A stretch of DNA of 41,953 nucleotides from Bacilli bacterium (GCA_024696885.1 JAILGI010000038.1:1-41953), one strand, 5' to 3'; positions 9,783-19,445 are shown, counted from the stretch's first letter. Numbers and translations: made by a program. Notes: generated by a model from the letters alone, not told the origin.

Positions 9783-11672
9783 CTATTTCCAAATAACTTG
9801 GAGATTATCGTAATGATATGGATCGTGCCAGCTAGCAATAGTTACTTCTGCTAAAGCTTCATCCGCAAAATCAACAGTTCTATTGTGAATTTGTTCATTT
9901 GATGGGAATGCTGTGATTGCAGCAGCATCAACTCCACTCTTCATTCTTAAGATAATGAAGCAGTTTTTGTCTGTTGGAACATTGATTGTGTATTTGTAAT
10001 CAACTGGTGCGTTGTGATCATAGTAGAAAGCTCCTGATGCGTTATCGCCTTGTGTCCAAGCCCAAACTGCAAACCATGCACCATCTACATCGAATTCAGC
10101 GCTGGATTGAATGGTAAGTGTATCAGACCACACTCTTGGAGCGTCGTTTGATCCAACTCTGTGCCAGAATCCATCTGCGTGTTCAGGTGCGTCAACAGCT
10201 GGTTCATTTTCTGAATAGAAATAGAATTTAACATTTTGAGAATCCATTGTCTTGGAATCTGCCCAGTCTTCTGACCATGAATCTAATGGTTCGGTTGCTT
10301 CGAAGAACACTCTTGCGCCATCTCCGAGTTGGCCTAAACCTCTTGCGTCAATAATAGTGTTTGCTGGGAGGACTAAGTGTCCTTCGAAATTTCTTAATGG
10401 ATTCCAATAAAGTTTAACAGCACCGGATCCATTGAATTGAATGTCATAAAGTTTTTCACTGTATGATAAAGCATAACTATCAAACGCTAATTGATTTGTA
10501 TTTTGTAAAATTAAGGTTTCAAGGTTAGCAGTTTCTCTCATTGAAGAATCATGAAGTCTCACAACTTCAGCAGGAACTGTAAATGATGTTCCAGCTCTCT
10601 TTGATGGATATTTATAAAGAACAGTTCCATTATCTGCGTAGAGAATATTATCAACAACTGTGAAATATCCTTCGTCATAATCGTCTTCAATAGCAATAGT
10701 TGCTAAATTTTCCATATCGTAGAATGTGTAATAGTCAAAATTGTATTGATAATCACATGCGCGTTTTGGAAGTGTGAGAGAGGTTAAGGCTCTACAACCT
10801 CTGAATGCCCCACTCATTGAAATATTTCCTGTTCCACCAGCTTCGAATGTGACAGTAGCAATATTGTCACAATCATAAAACGCATCCCTCATTTCTGAAA
10901 TTGTATTAGGAATGGTTACTGATAATAAGGAATCTTCATCTTCGAAAGCGTAATCGTTGATTGCAGTAACGTCTAAACCATCAACTTGTTTAGCGATAAC
11001 GGCGTTTTCTAATGAATGATTGTCTAAACCTAATACTACGGCGTGGTCTTCAAGTTTTCTATATTTGATGCCATCAACAACCTTATATGGGTTAGTTCCA
11101 GATTCACATGCGTTACCGTATTTAATAACGAATTGTTTAATATATGGTGCAGAATATGCGTTACCACTGGTAACTAAAACATAATTTGGATGGTCACCTT
11201 CAAAATCGTATTCATATGAAGGATTAATTGTTAATTGCTTGATGCCAACATATTCGATAACACCAGCATTTTCAAATCCCCATTTGATGTAGAATGTGCC
11301 ATAACCAGTAATCGTGATGGAATTCATGGAACGAATCTCATTTTCTCCACCAGCTTCGTATGGGTTGCAAATGTAACCGACTTCATTTTGATCGATGTAA
11401 ACTGCATCGTCGCCTTCGCTGTATCTAGCGTTGACATAAGCAAAACTTACATCGTTTTGAAGTTGGTCTGTTTTGGCTACAAAGCTTCCACTTACAGGAT
11501 TCTCTGTTTCTGTTGTAATGTCAGTGTCTTCAACTGTGATTGAGTAGAAATCATCAGTACCAGTTGTTCTACTGAACATATCGGATCCACGATTCATTGA
11601 TACTAACGATACAACAAGCGTGGAACATGCTGTGATAGTAACCAAACTAAGAAGATAAGCTCTCTTGTTCAT
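9783..11672 (-). CDS. Secreted/surface BspA-type leucine-rich repeat protein with a possible C-terminal carbohydrate-binding module
   Basis: Signal-like N-terminus; VTAINDYAF, SVTIPNTI, AFRGCRALTSLTLP and YFTVVDNILY repeats. Confidence 0.8.
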   Translation of the reverse strand: MNKRAYLLSLVTITACSTLVVSLVSMNRGSDMFSRTTGTDDFYSITVEDTDITTETENPVSGSFVAKTDQLQNDVSFAYVNARYSEGDDAVYIDQNEVGYICNPYEAGGENEIRSMNSITITGYGTFYIKWGFENAGVIEYVGIKQLTINPSYEYDFEGDHPNYVLVTSGNAYSAPYIKQFVIKYGNACESGTNPYKVVDGIKYRKLEDHAVVLGLDNHSLENAVIAKQVDGLDVTAINDYAFEDEDSLLSVTIPNTISEMRDAFYDCDNIATVTFEAGGTGNISMSGAFRGCRALTSLTLPKRACDYQYNFDYYTFYDMENLATIAIEDDYDEGYFTVVDNILYADNGTVLYKYPSKRAGTSFTVPAEVVRLHDSSMRETANLETLILQNTNQLAFDSYALSYSEKLYDIQFNGSGAVKLYWNPLRNFEGHLVLPANTIIDARGLGQLGDGARVFFEATEPLDSWSEDWADSKTMDSQNVKFYFYSENEPAVDAPEHADGFWHRVGSNDAPRVWSDTLTIQSSAEFDVDGAWFAVWAWTQGDNASGAFYYDHNAPVDYKYTINVPTDKNCFIILRMKSGVDAAAITAFPSNEQIHNRTVDFADEALAEVTIASWHDPYHYDNLQVIWK

Positions 11673-12064
11673 TTGTACTTCTTGCTATTAGCCATCCTAG
11701 CAAACGCTCCTTTTAATAAAAAATGGGCTAAACTTAAAATAAACTTAAGCGGAATGTTATATGGCCATTTGATAAGTGACCATAGCAAAACATTTAATAC
11801 ATTATAAAATACTTTTACTTAATTTGAGAGTTTTTTATTAGAAATATGCAAATATATAACATCGACAAACAACAAAATAAAAATTTATTTATAAATAAAT
11901 AATTGTTTTGCAGTAGTGGTGCATTTAAATCGAATTATTAGATTTTGAAGATAGATGACTTTGTGCTTTTATTTATTTCATTGACTGTTCAAATTTTAAG
12001 ATACATATTGAAAAATGAACACATAGTGTTAATATAATCTTGTTTAAACAAGGAGATAACTAAA

Positions 12065-13633
12065 ATGACAGTTTATTCAGGTCAAATATTAAGCGTAAAC
12101 GCAAATGATGATGTATTTAAATATCTCGTCGAAGATAAGGGAAAAATCGTTTTCGTGGGAAATGAGCTTCCTGAACAATATAAAAATGCAAAAGTCGTGG
12201 AATTAGGTGAAAAAGTTTTAACTCCTACATTCTGTGACTCCCATCAACACTTCGCCAGCTTCTCAATGTTCAACGCTGGACTTAACGTTATGGATTGTGA
12301 ATCTAACGAACAAATGATGGAAGAAATCAAAAAATTCGTCGCAAAAAGTAAGAATAAAACCCTTCTCGCTTTTGGTGCTTCCCCATATTCCGTTAAGGAA
12401 AGAGTGCTATTAAGTAGAGAACAATTAGATAAAGTATGTCCAAAGAAACCAATGATGATCGTTAAATACGATGGCCATGCTTGTATCGTTAACTCCGTCT
12501 TATTAAAGAAATTAGATAAAAAATTAAAACCTTTAAGAGGTTACCACCCAGATACCGGTGAAATGAATCAAGAAGCATTCTTTGTTGTTTCCGATTACAT
12601 TTCTAATTCCATTTCTGTCTTTGGTTTATTAAAACAAATGCAACAAGCCGCGGATTTCCAAGCTAAACGCGGTATTGGTTTAATTCACACCGTTTCCGGT
12701 GTCGGTTTCCCAATGAACCTCGATATTACGTTTGAAAAAATCTTTGGCAAATCCTTACAACGCGGTTTGCAATTAAGAGTTTTCTCTCAATCTTTAAATC
12801 CAAAGGTTGCTAAAAAACGTCACTTACCACGTATCGGTGGTTGTTTCGAATGCGCCTTAGATGGCTGCTTTGGTTCCCAAGATGCATCCATGAATGAACC
12901 ATATATCAATGATAAGAACAACTCTGGTGTCCTTTATTATTCCGATGAAAAGGTCACTAACTTCTTAAAGAAAGCCAATAGAATGGGTCTTCAAATTGAA
13001 ATGCATGCGATTGGTGATAAAGCCTTTGATCAAGCCACACGCTGTATGAAAGCCGCTCTTGATGATTTCCCAAGAGAGGATCATAGACATGGTATTATTC
13101 ATGACTGTTTACCAACGGAAGAAGGCATTAAGATTTGTAAGGATTACCACATTCAAATGCCTGTCCAAACCGCTTTTATCGGTTGGAAACAAGAACCAGA
13201 TGAATACTTAGAAGAAATCTTAGGTAAAGAAAGAGCCAATAGACTCAATCCATTAAGAACCTTCTTAAATAATAATATTATGATGTCCGCAGGTAGTGAT
13301 GGTCCATGTACCACACCTGATCCAATCGATTGGATTTATAAAGCCTGTAACCATTCCAATCCAAAAGAATCCTTAACCGCGAAAGAAGCATTAAGAATTT
13401 GTACCTATAATGGTTATTGGACAACATTTGATGAAAAAGAAAGAGGCAGCCTTGAAGTCGGTAAAATCGCCGATATGGTTATCCTTTCTAAAAACCCATA
13501 TGAAACACCAGTTAAAGAATTGAACACCATTAAAGTGGAACAAACATTCTTAGGTGGTGTCGCCTATCAAAATCAAAAACAATCCGTTTTGGGTATGATT
13601 TTTAGAGGCATATTCAACCATCACAAAGTGTAA
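12065..13633 (+). CDS. Amidohydrolase 3 (YtcJ-like)
   Basis: DSHQH, MHAIGDKA, AGSDGP and GSLEVGKIADMVIL; AGGAG SD. Confidence 0.9.
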   Translation: MTVYSGQILSVNANDDVFKYLVEDKGKIVFVGNELPEQYKNAKVVELGEKVLTPTFCDSHQHFASFSMFNAGLNVMDCESNEQMMEEIKKFVAKSKNKTLLAFGASPYSVKERVLLSREQLDKVCPKKPMMIVKYDGHACIVNSVLLKKLDKKLKPLRGYHPDTGEMNQEAFFVVSDYISNSISVFGLLKQMQQAADFQAKRGIGLIHTVSGVGFPMNLDITFEKIFGKSLQRGLQLRVFSQSLNPKVAKKRHLPRIGGCFECALDGCFGSQDASMNEPYINDKNNSGVLYYSDEKVTNFLKKANRMGLQIEMHAIGDKAFDQATRCMKAALDDFPREDHRHGIIHDCLPTEEGIKICKDYHIQMPVQTAFIGWKQEPDEYLEEILGKERANRLNPLRTFLNNNIMMSAGSDGPCTTPDPIDWIYKACNHSNPKESLTAKEALRICTYNGYWTTFDEKERGSLEVGKIADMVILSKNPYETPVKELNTIKVEQTFLGGVAYQNQKQSVLGMIFRGIFNHHKV

Positions 13634-13639
13634 TAAACA

Positions 13640-15406
13640 ATGGATAAAAACACCTTTCTTGTATTAAGAAACTATTTTAAGTACGGCCCTGATTCTTTAA
13701 GAAATGTCGCTAAAAAGACCGGCCTTTCTTTAGGCACGCTTTCTAAAGTTCATAAGCAACTATTAGAACAAAAGTTTATCGACACAAAAGGCATTACTGA
13801 ATTAGGAAAAAAAGCATTAGAACCATATCGTGTGAATAACGCAATTATTATGGCCGCTGGCATGTCCACAAGACTTGCCCCTTTATCCTTTGATAAACCC
13901 AAAGGATTATTTGAAATTAAAAATGAAATCTTAATCGAAAGGCAAATTAAACAACTCTTAGAAGCGGGTATTAAAGAAATCATTTTAGTGCTCGGTTATA
14001 AGAAAGAATCCTTCTTCTATTTAGGGGAAAAATATGGTGTCAAAATCATCATTAATTCCACCTATGAAACGAAAAATAACTGCGAAACACTATATTTAGC
14101 GCGTAATTTCTTCTCAAGAACTTATATCTGTTCATGCGATCAATATTTCATTAATAACCCATTCAATGAGTTTGAATATGAAACCTTCTATACATCCGTT
14201 TTAAATAAAACCGATGTTGTTGAGCCACGCGTATCTTTAGGTACAGGTAAACGCATTATAGGATTTAGAAGTAAGAAAAGTGGTCATATCCTTTTAGGCT
14301 TCTCCTTCTGGAACGAAGAGTTTTCTAAAGCATTTAAAAAGTTATTAGAGGATCATCACGACCTCGGCGATTTTGACCGTGATTTCTGGGAAAACGCATT
14401 TGCGAGAAACATCAATAGCTTACCCCCTATGTATATTGATGAAAGAGAAGTAGGCACCATCTTTGAATTTGATAACTTAAAACAATTACGCGACTTTGAT
14501 GAAAAATACATTGAACACACGACAAGCAAGATCATGCAAAATATCGCCAAAGTTTTAAGATGTAAAGAAGGCGACATTACTGACTTTGCTCCTATTCAAG
14601 AAGGATTAACCAATACTTCTTATACATTTATTGTTAAAGGCAAGAAATATGTCTATAGACATCCTGGTTTAGGAACCACTCAATTCATCAATCGTAAAAA
14701 TGAAGAAGAAGCATTAAAAATAGCCAAGAAAATAAACCTTGATCCATCATTCATTAAGATGAACGCTAAAGAGGGTTGGAAGATATCTTATTTCGTCCCT
14801 AACACAAGAGTGCCTGATTACCACAACTTTGAAGATAGCAAAATTGTAATTCGTAAAATGAAACAATTACATGATGCAAACATCAAGGTGGATTTCGCCT
14901 TTGAGCCATGGTACGACGCATTAAAATATGAAAAACATGTCAAAAAGACACAAGGTATCGATATGCCTGACTTTGAAAAATTAAAGAAGGATATCCATAA
15001 GATATATCAAAAAATCGATAAAGATGGCTTATATGAAAAGAGATTATGCCACTGCGATACCTATCAACCAAACTGGCTCATCAAAGAAGATGATGATGTT
15101 GTTTTGATTGACTGGGAATATTCCGGTTCAGCGGACCCAGGAGTGGATGTCGGTTATTTCATCGTGGATGCGATGTATGATTTTGATGAAGCAAAAAAAT
15201 TTATTAAAGAATATCTACAAGATAAATATTCATTAAAAGAAGAAGAACACTTCATGTCATATGTAGCGATTATCGCTTACTATTGGTTTGTTTGGGCCTT
15301 ATACAAACAATCAATCGGTTCCGTTATGGGTGAAGTTTTATATAATTGGTATTATATGGCGAAGAAATATGCGCAATACGCTTTGAGGACTTATCAATAT
15401 GAATAG
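13640..15406 (+). CDS. HTH + LicC-like cytidylyltransferase + LicA-like choline/ethanolamine kinase fusion
   Basis: SLRNVAKKTGLSLGTLS HTH; MAAGMSTRLAPL..KPK; GLTNTSY, CHCD and LIDWEYSG kinase motifs. Confidence 0.9.
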   Translation: MDKNTFLVLRNYFKYGPDSLRNVAKKTGLSLGTLSKVHKQLLEQKFIDTKGITELGKKALEPYRVNNAIIMAAGMSTRLAPLSFDKPKGLFEIKNEILIERQIKQLLEAGIKEIILVLGYKKESFFYLGEKYGVKIIINSTYETKNNCETLYLARNFFSRTYICSCDQYFINNPFNEFEYETFYTSVLNKTDVVEPRVSLGTGKRIIGFRSKKSGHILLGFSFWNEEFSKAFKKLLEDHHDLGDFDRDFWENAFARNINSLPPMYIDEREVGTIFEFDNLKQLRDFDEKYIEHTTSKIMQNIAKVLRCKEGDITDFAPIQEGLTNTSYTFIVKGKKYVYRHPGLGTTQFINRKNEEEALKIAKKINLDPSFIKMNAKEGWKISYFVPNTRVPDYHNFEDSKIVIRKMKQLHDANIKVDFAFEPWYDALKYEKHVKKTQGIDMPDFEKLKKDIHKIYQKIDKDGLYEKRLCHCDTYQPNWLIKEDDDVVLIDWEYSGSADPGVDVGYFIVDAMYDFDEAKKFIKEYLQDKYSLKEEEHFMSYVAIIAYYWFVWALYKQSIGSVMGEVLYNWYYMAKKYAQYALRTYQYE

Positions 15407-17279
15407 AGAATTGTTTAATCAATTAGTTGCACTAGAAAAAGAAAACAAATTAAATAAAGAACAATTAGAAGCCTTAGAACCATATCGCGTTAAAAGAGCT
15501 ATTATTATGGCTGCGGGTTTTGGTTCACGTATGATGCCTATTACTTTATTCACCCCAAAGCCATTAGTGACAGTCAACGGTGTACGTATCATCGAAACAT
15601 TAATTGAAAAAATCGTCAAAGTGGGTATCAAAGAAATCTATCTCGTAAGAGGTTATTTAAAACAACAATTTGATGTCTTATTAGAAAAATATCCTTTCAT
15701 TAAATTTATCGATAATGATGATTTTGATAAGGAAAACAATATATCAAGTGCGATTAGATTCGCTCATTTATTAGATAACACTTATGTTTGCGAAGCTGAT
15801 TTTGTGGTTCGCGGAGATGATGTTATCACTAAATATCAATATGAATCTAATTATCTAGGAACACCAGTCAAAGAGACTGACGATTGGTGTTATGACGTCG
15901 ATAGTAATGATGTTATCCATAATTATCGTAAAGGCGGTAAAGACTGTTACCAAGCCTTTGGTATTTCCTATTGGAATGAAAAAGATGGTGCATTCCTAGC
16001 TAAAAAGTTATTAGAAATGCACGAAGATAAAAAGAATCGTCAAGAATTCTGGGAAATGTGTTTCTTCTCCATTTATCAAAATGAATTTAACGTCCACGCA
16101 AGAGCGTGCGCTAAAGAATCTATTTTTGAAATTGATTCATTCGATGAATTATGCGCGGTGGATCCATCTCATAGATTAGGTGAAAGAAAGAGAATCGGTG
16201 TTGTAGGCGCTGGTAATATGGGCACCATATTAGCCACCAAGTTCTCCTTAAGCCATGATGTTGCTTTATATGACAACGTCGGTTCTATGAAAAACTGCGT
16301 TGATAACATCATGAATGTGAGAGATGAAGACAACAAGATTACTTATTCGGCAAAAATCAAAACCATTACATCTGATTTAAAAGAATTTGTTTCTTTATCT
16401 GATTATATTTTTATTACCTTCCCTTCCTTCCTTTTTAAAGGATTAGCCAAAGATTTAATTCCTTTATTACATGAAGGACAACATTTAATCTTTATCCCTG
16501 GTAGTGGAGGTGCGGAATTCTATTTTCATGAAGCTCTTAAAAAAGGCGTTACCATTTCTGGTTTACAAAGAGTGCACTGTGTCGCTCGTATATTAGAACC
16601 TGGTAAGTTAGTAAGAGAATCCGGCAAAAAATCACTCTTAAAAGTGGCGTCTATTCCATCTAGTTATAATCACACTGCCTCTATGCTCATTAATGAGTTA
16701 TTTGGTATTAAGGTTCATGAATTAGATAATTACTTAAATATCACCTTAATCAATAGTAATGCAGTGTTACATACATCTCGTTTATATAACCTCTTCCATG
16801 ACTATCATGAAGGAGTTTATTACAGTAAAAACCCATTATTTTACGAATCTTGGAATGATGAAACCTCTATTCTATTAGAGAAAATGGATAACGAATTAGC
16901 ATCCTTATTCCCCATGTTTGAAACCTATGGATTACCAGTGAAAGATATTCCCGGCATTCTCCCATATTATGATTCTGAAACCCCAGAACAAATGACAAGA
17001 AAGATTATTAGTATTGCAGGATTCAAAGGTTTATATTCCCCAATGAAAGAAGTGGAGCCAGGTAAATTCATTCCTGATTTCTCAAGTCGATACTTCACCG
17101 CGGACTTCCCATTTGGTTTAGATATCATCTTAGAGTTCTTAAGACTATTTGAAATGAAGAAAGATAACTGCGAAATGGTGTCATCTTGGTATAAGGAAAT
17201 GATTAAACCAGAATCAGTCTTCTCCTTCAAAGATTTCAACATTAATACAAAAGAAGAACTAATTAATCTTTATAAATAA
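15399..17279 (+). CDS. LicC-like cytidylyltransferase fused to NAD(P)-dependent opine (octopine/nopaline-type) dehydrogenase
   Basis: MAAGFGSRMMP..TPKPL N-domain; from about 16188 VVGAGNMG, NAVLHTSRLY, PLFYESW and SRYFTADFPFGL. Confidence 0.85.
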   Translation: MNRELFNQLVALEKENKLNKEQLEALEPYRVKRAIIMAAGFGSRMMPITLFTPKPLVTVNGVRIIETLIEKIVKVGIKEIYLVRGYLKQQFDVLLEKYPFIKFIDNDDFDKENNISSAIRFAHLLDNTYVCEADFVVRGDDVITKYQYESNYLGTPVKETDDWCYDVDSNDVIHNYRKGGKDCYQAFGISYWNEKDGAFLAKKLLEMHEDKKNRQEFWEMCFFSIYQNEFNVHARACAKESIFEIDSFDELCAVDPSHRLGERKRIGVVGAGNMGTILATKFSLSHDVALYDNVGSMKNCVDNIMNVRDEDNKITYSAKIKTITSDLKEFVSLSDYIFITFPSFLFKGLAKDLIPLLHEGQHLIFIPGSGGAEFYFHEALKKGVTISGLQRVHCVARILEPGKLVRESGKKSLLKVASIPSSYNHTASMLINELFGIKVHELDNYLNITLINSNAVLHTSRLYNLFHDYHEGVYYSKNPLFYESWNDETSILLEKMDNELASLFPMFETYGLPVKDIPGILPYYDSETPEQMTRKIISIAGFKGLYSPMKEVEPGKFIPDFSSRYFTADFPFGLDIILEFLRLFEMKKDNCEMVSSWYKEMIKPESVFSFKDFNINTKEELINLYK

Positions 17280-17281
17280 AT

Positions 17282-17311
17282 AAAAAGCACAAGTTCATCA
17301 CTTGTGTTTTT
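17282..17311. terminator. Bidirectional terminator overlapping the licD stop
   Basis: AAAAAGCACAAGT-tcatc-ACTTGTGTTTTT. Confidence 0.75.
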
Positions 17312-18146
17312 TACTCATATATTCTTTATAACCTTCGGTTAATGAGAATCCTTTGTTGTAATGGTGACCCACCTGCTGCTCAATAGGTGGCAGTTTCATA
17401 TAATCGCCAAAGATACATGTGAGGTAATCATGATATCTTTTCATGACCCTGGCTTGCATGTCTTCAAATTGGACATAGACGAAGTCAGAGAAGATGTCGC
17501 TATCCATAGCCGCTCGTTTAAATGTGTAACCGAATAAATTACCGGATAAAGCGCATTCTTCCATCTTTAATTTCTTCGCGTATTTATCCATTCTCTTATT
17601 TCTAAAATGAGCAATGTCGAATAGGTAAGGAATAGCCACGGCAATATCAATCATAATGTCTTTAAACCATGTTTTCTTTTGTGGTTTTCGCATCAACGCG
17701 GGTAAATAGGAAAGATAGAATTGTCGCCAGATAAATTTGACTTTTTTTGCGCATTTCTCGCGTGGAATTGGCTCTTTGCTCATTCCATCAATCGGGAAAA
17801 TATCAATCCAAACACCGTGATTTATACGATGGTTTTTAAAGTGATCTTCAATAAACGTAGTGGAGGAATCTCTGAGCTTTGCGTATCCATATGTATAATG
17901 TGGATCTGATTTCCACCACTGAATGAAATATGGAGTTCCTTCATATTCTTTTTGAAGTGTTAAATACTTTTCATAATCTTCTCTAGGCATCATGACATCT
18001 ATATCATCATCCCAAGGAATGAAACCTTTATGTCTAATCGCACCTAAGCAAGAACCACCATTGAGAAAATATCTTAAATGGTGTTTTTCACAAACATCAT
18101 GAAAGGCTTTAAAGATAACTAATAATCTCGCTTGTAAATCATTCAT
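17298..18146 (-). CDS. licD: LicD-family phosphotransferase
   Basis: GGSCLGAIRHKGFIPWDDDIDV, WIDIFPID and FGDYMKLPP. ATG 18146 preferred to TTG 18155. Confidence 0.92.
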   Translation of the reverse strand: MNDLQARLLVIFKAFHDVCEKHHLRYFLNGGSCLGAIRHKGFIPWDDDIDVMMPREDYEKYLTLQKEYEGTPYFIQWWKSDPHYTYGYAKLRDSSTTFIEDHFKNHRINHGVWIDIFPIDGMSKEPIPREKCAKKVKFIWRQFYLSYLPALMRKPQKKTWFKDIMIDIAVAIPYLFDIAHFRNKRMDKYAKKLKMEECALSGNLFGYTFKRAAMDSDIFSDFVYVQFEDMQARVMKRYHDYLTCIFGDYMKLPPIEQQVGHHYNKGFSLTEGYKEYMSKKHK

Positions 18147-18186
18147 ATCAATCAAATTATAAACAATTCTGAAAGCGTTTAAAACT

Positions 18187-19380
18187 TTAGAGTTTAACTA
18201 TATCGAGAACCACATCAATCATCTTGAGGAAATCTTGAACGACTAAATATTCATATCTTCCGTGATGATTAGAACTACCAGTTCCTAGATTTGGTGTCAC
18301 TAAACCTCTCTTAGAGAAAGTTGCTCCATCGGTTCCGCCTCTTATCTTAGACATAACAGGAGTTAAACCATTCTTGATTAATGCTTCCTTAGCTTTATCC
18401 ACAGGTCGAGGATCTTTTTGGACATAAGGAAGCATATTGTAATATTGATCTCTTACAGCAACATCAATCTTTGCTTTTGGATATTTCTTTAGTAATAACG
18501 CTGCTTGCTCTTTGATATATTCGCTGCGTTTTAATAAGTTATCATAATCAAAGTCACGAAGAATCATATCTAAATCGCAAACATCGCTAGATCCTTCAAT
18601 GCCATTGATATGCCAATAGCCTTCATCTTCATTGGCATCATATGGTGTTTCCTTTTTAGGGAATGTTTCAATTAATTCATGTAATACTAATAAAGCATTG
18701 ATTAAGGCGTTCTTTCCTTCACCTGGGTGGACAGATACGCCTTCTACGTGAATATGGACTTGTTGTGCGTTGAAGTTTTCAGCATCGATATGACTGATAT
18801 CTCCTCCGTCAATTGTGAAGGCATAGTCAGCGTCCATCTTCTTTAAATCAAAGTGTTTTGGTCCTTCACCGATTTCTTCATCAACGGTGAAACATACGGA
18901 AATGTTATGGTGTTTAATTTCAGGATGGTTATGTAAGTGTTCTAATACACCCATAATAATAGCGATGCCCGCTTTATCATCTGCGCCTAATAAGGTATTG
19001 CCATCGGTAACCACTAAGTCTTTACCAATGTGTTTCTTTAATGCGGGGAATTCTTCACTAGAAAGAACATATTTATCATTTAAATGATAATCCTTGCCAT
19101 CATAATTCTTAATGATTTGAGGATTACAATTGGTGTCAGTGACTTCTAATGCGGTATCAACATGGGCGTTTAAACCAATCTTATCGCCTTCACCTTTTAA
19201 ATGAGCGTAGACGATACCATATTCATCCATATAAGCATCTTCTAAGCCTAATTCCTTTAAATCCTCAACAAGAACTCTGGATAAGTCTTTTTGCTTTTCG
19301 GTAGATGGCGTAGTGCCGGTTGTATCATCCGCTTGAGTGTCAATTTTCGCGTATTTAATAAATCTTTGTACTGGGTCCAT
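18187..19380 (-). CDS. pepT: Peptidase T (M20B tripeptidase)
   Basis: AHVDTA, LLGADDKAG, DEEIG, IRGGTDG and HGRYEY. Confidence 0.95.
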   Translation of the reverse strand: MDPVQRFIKYAKIDTQADDTTGTTPSTEKQKDLSRVLVEDLKELGLEDAYMDEYGIVYAHLKGEGDKIGLNAHVDTALEVTDTNCNPQIIKNYDGKDYHLNDKYVLSSEEFPALKKHIGKDLVVTDGNTLLGADDKAGIAIIMGVLEHLHNHPEIKHHNISVCFTVDEEIGEGPKHFDLKKMDADYAFTIDGGDISHIDAENFNAQQVHIHVEGVSVHPGEGKNALINALLVLHELIETFPKKETPYDANEDEGYWHINGIEGSSDVCDLDMILRDFDYDNLLKRSEYIKEQAALLLKKYPKAKIDVAVRDQYYNMLPYVQKDPRPVDKAKEALIKNGLTPVMSKIRGGTDGATFSKRGLVTPNLGTGSSNHHGRYEYLVVQDFLKMIDVVLDIVKL

Positions 19381-19445
19381 AATCTATCTCCTTATTAATA
19401 AATAATAATTAACATTTCATTAAATATGTTAATATATTTTCTAGA

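Noticed and set aside
9060-11672. Integrative island at the tmRNA 3' end
   Set aside because: No integrase and no duplicated tmRNA 3' end seen; only an IS relic.
11883-11900. 18-bp perfect palindrome ATTTATTTATAAATAAAT
   Set aside because: A/T-only in a very AT-rich spacer; likely chance.
18395-18403. DnaA box TTATCCACA
   Set aside because: Single copy inside pepT coding sequence; no cluster.
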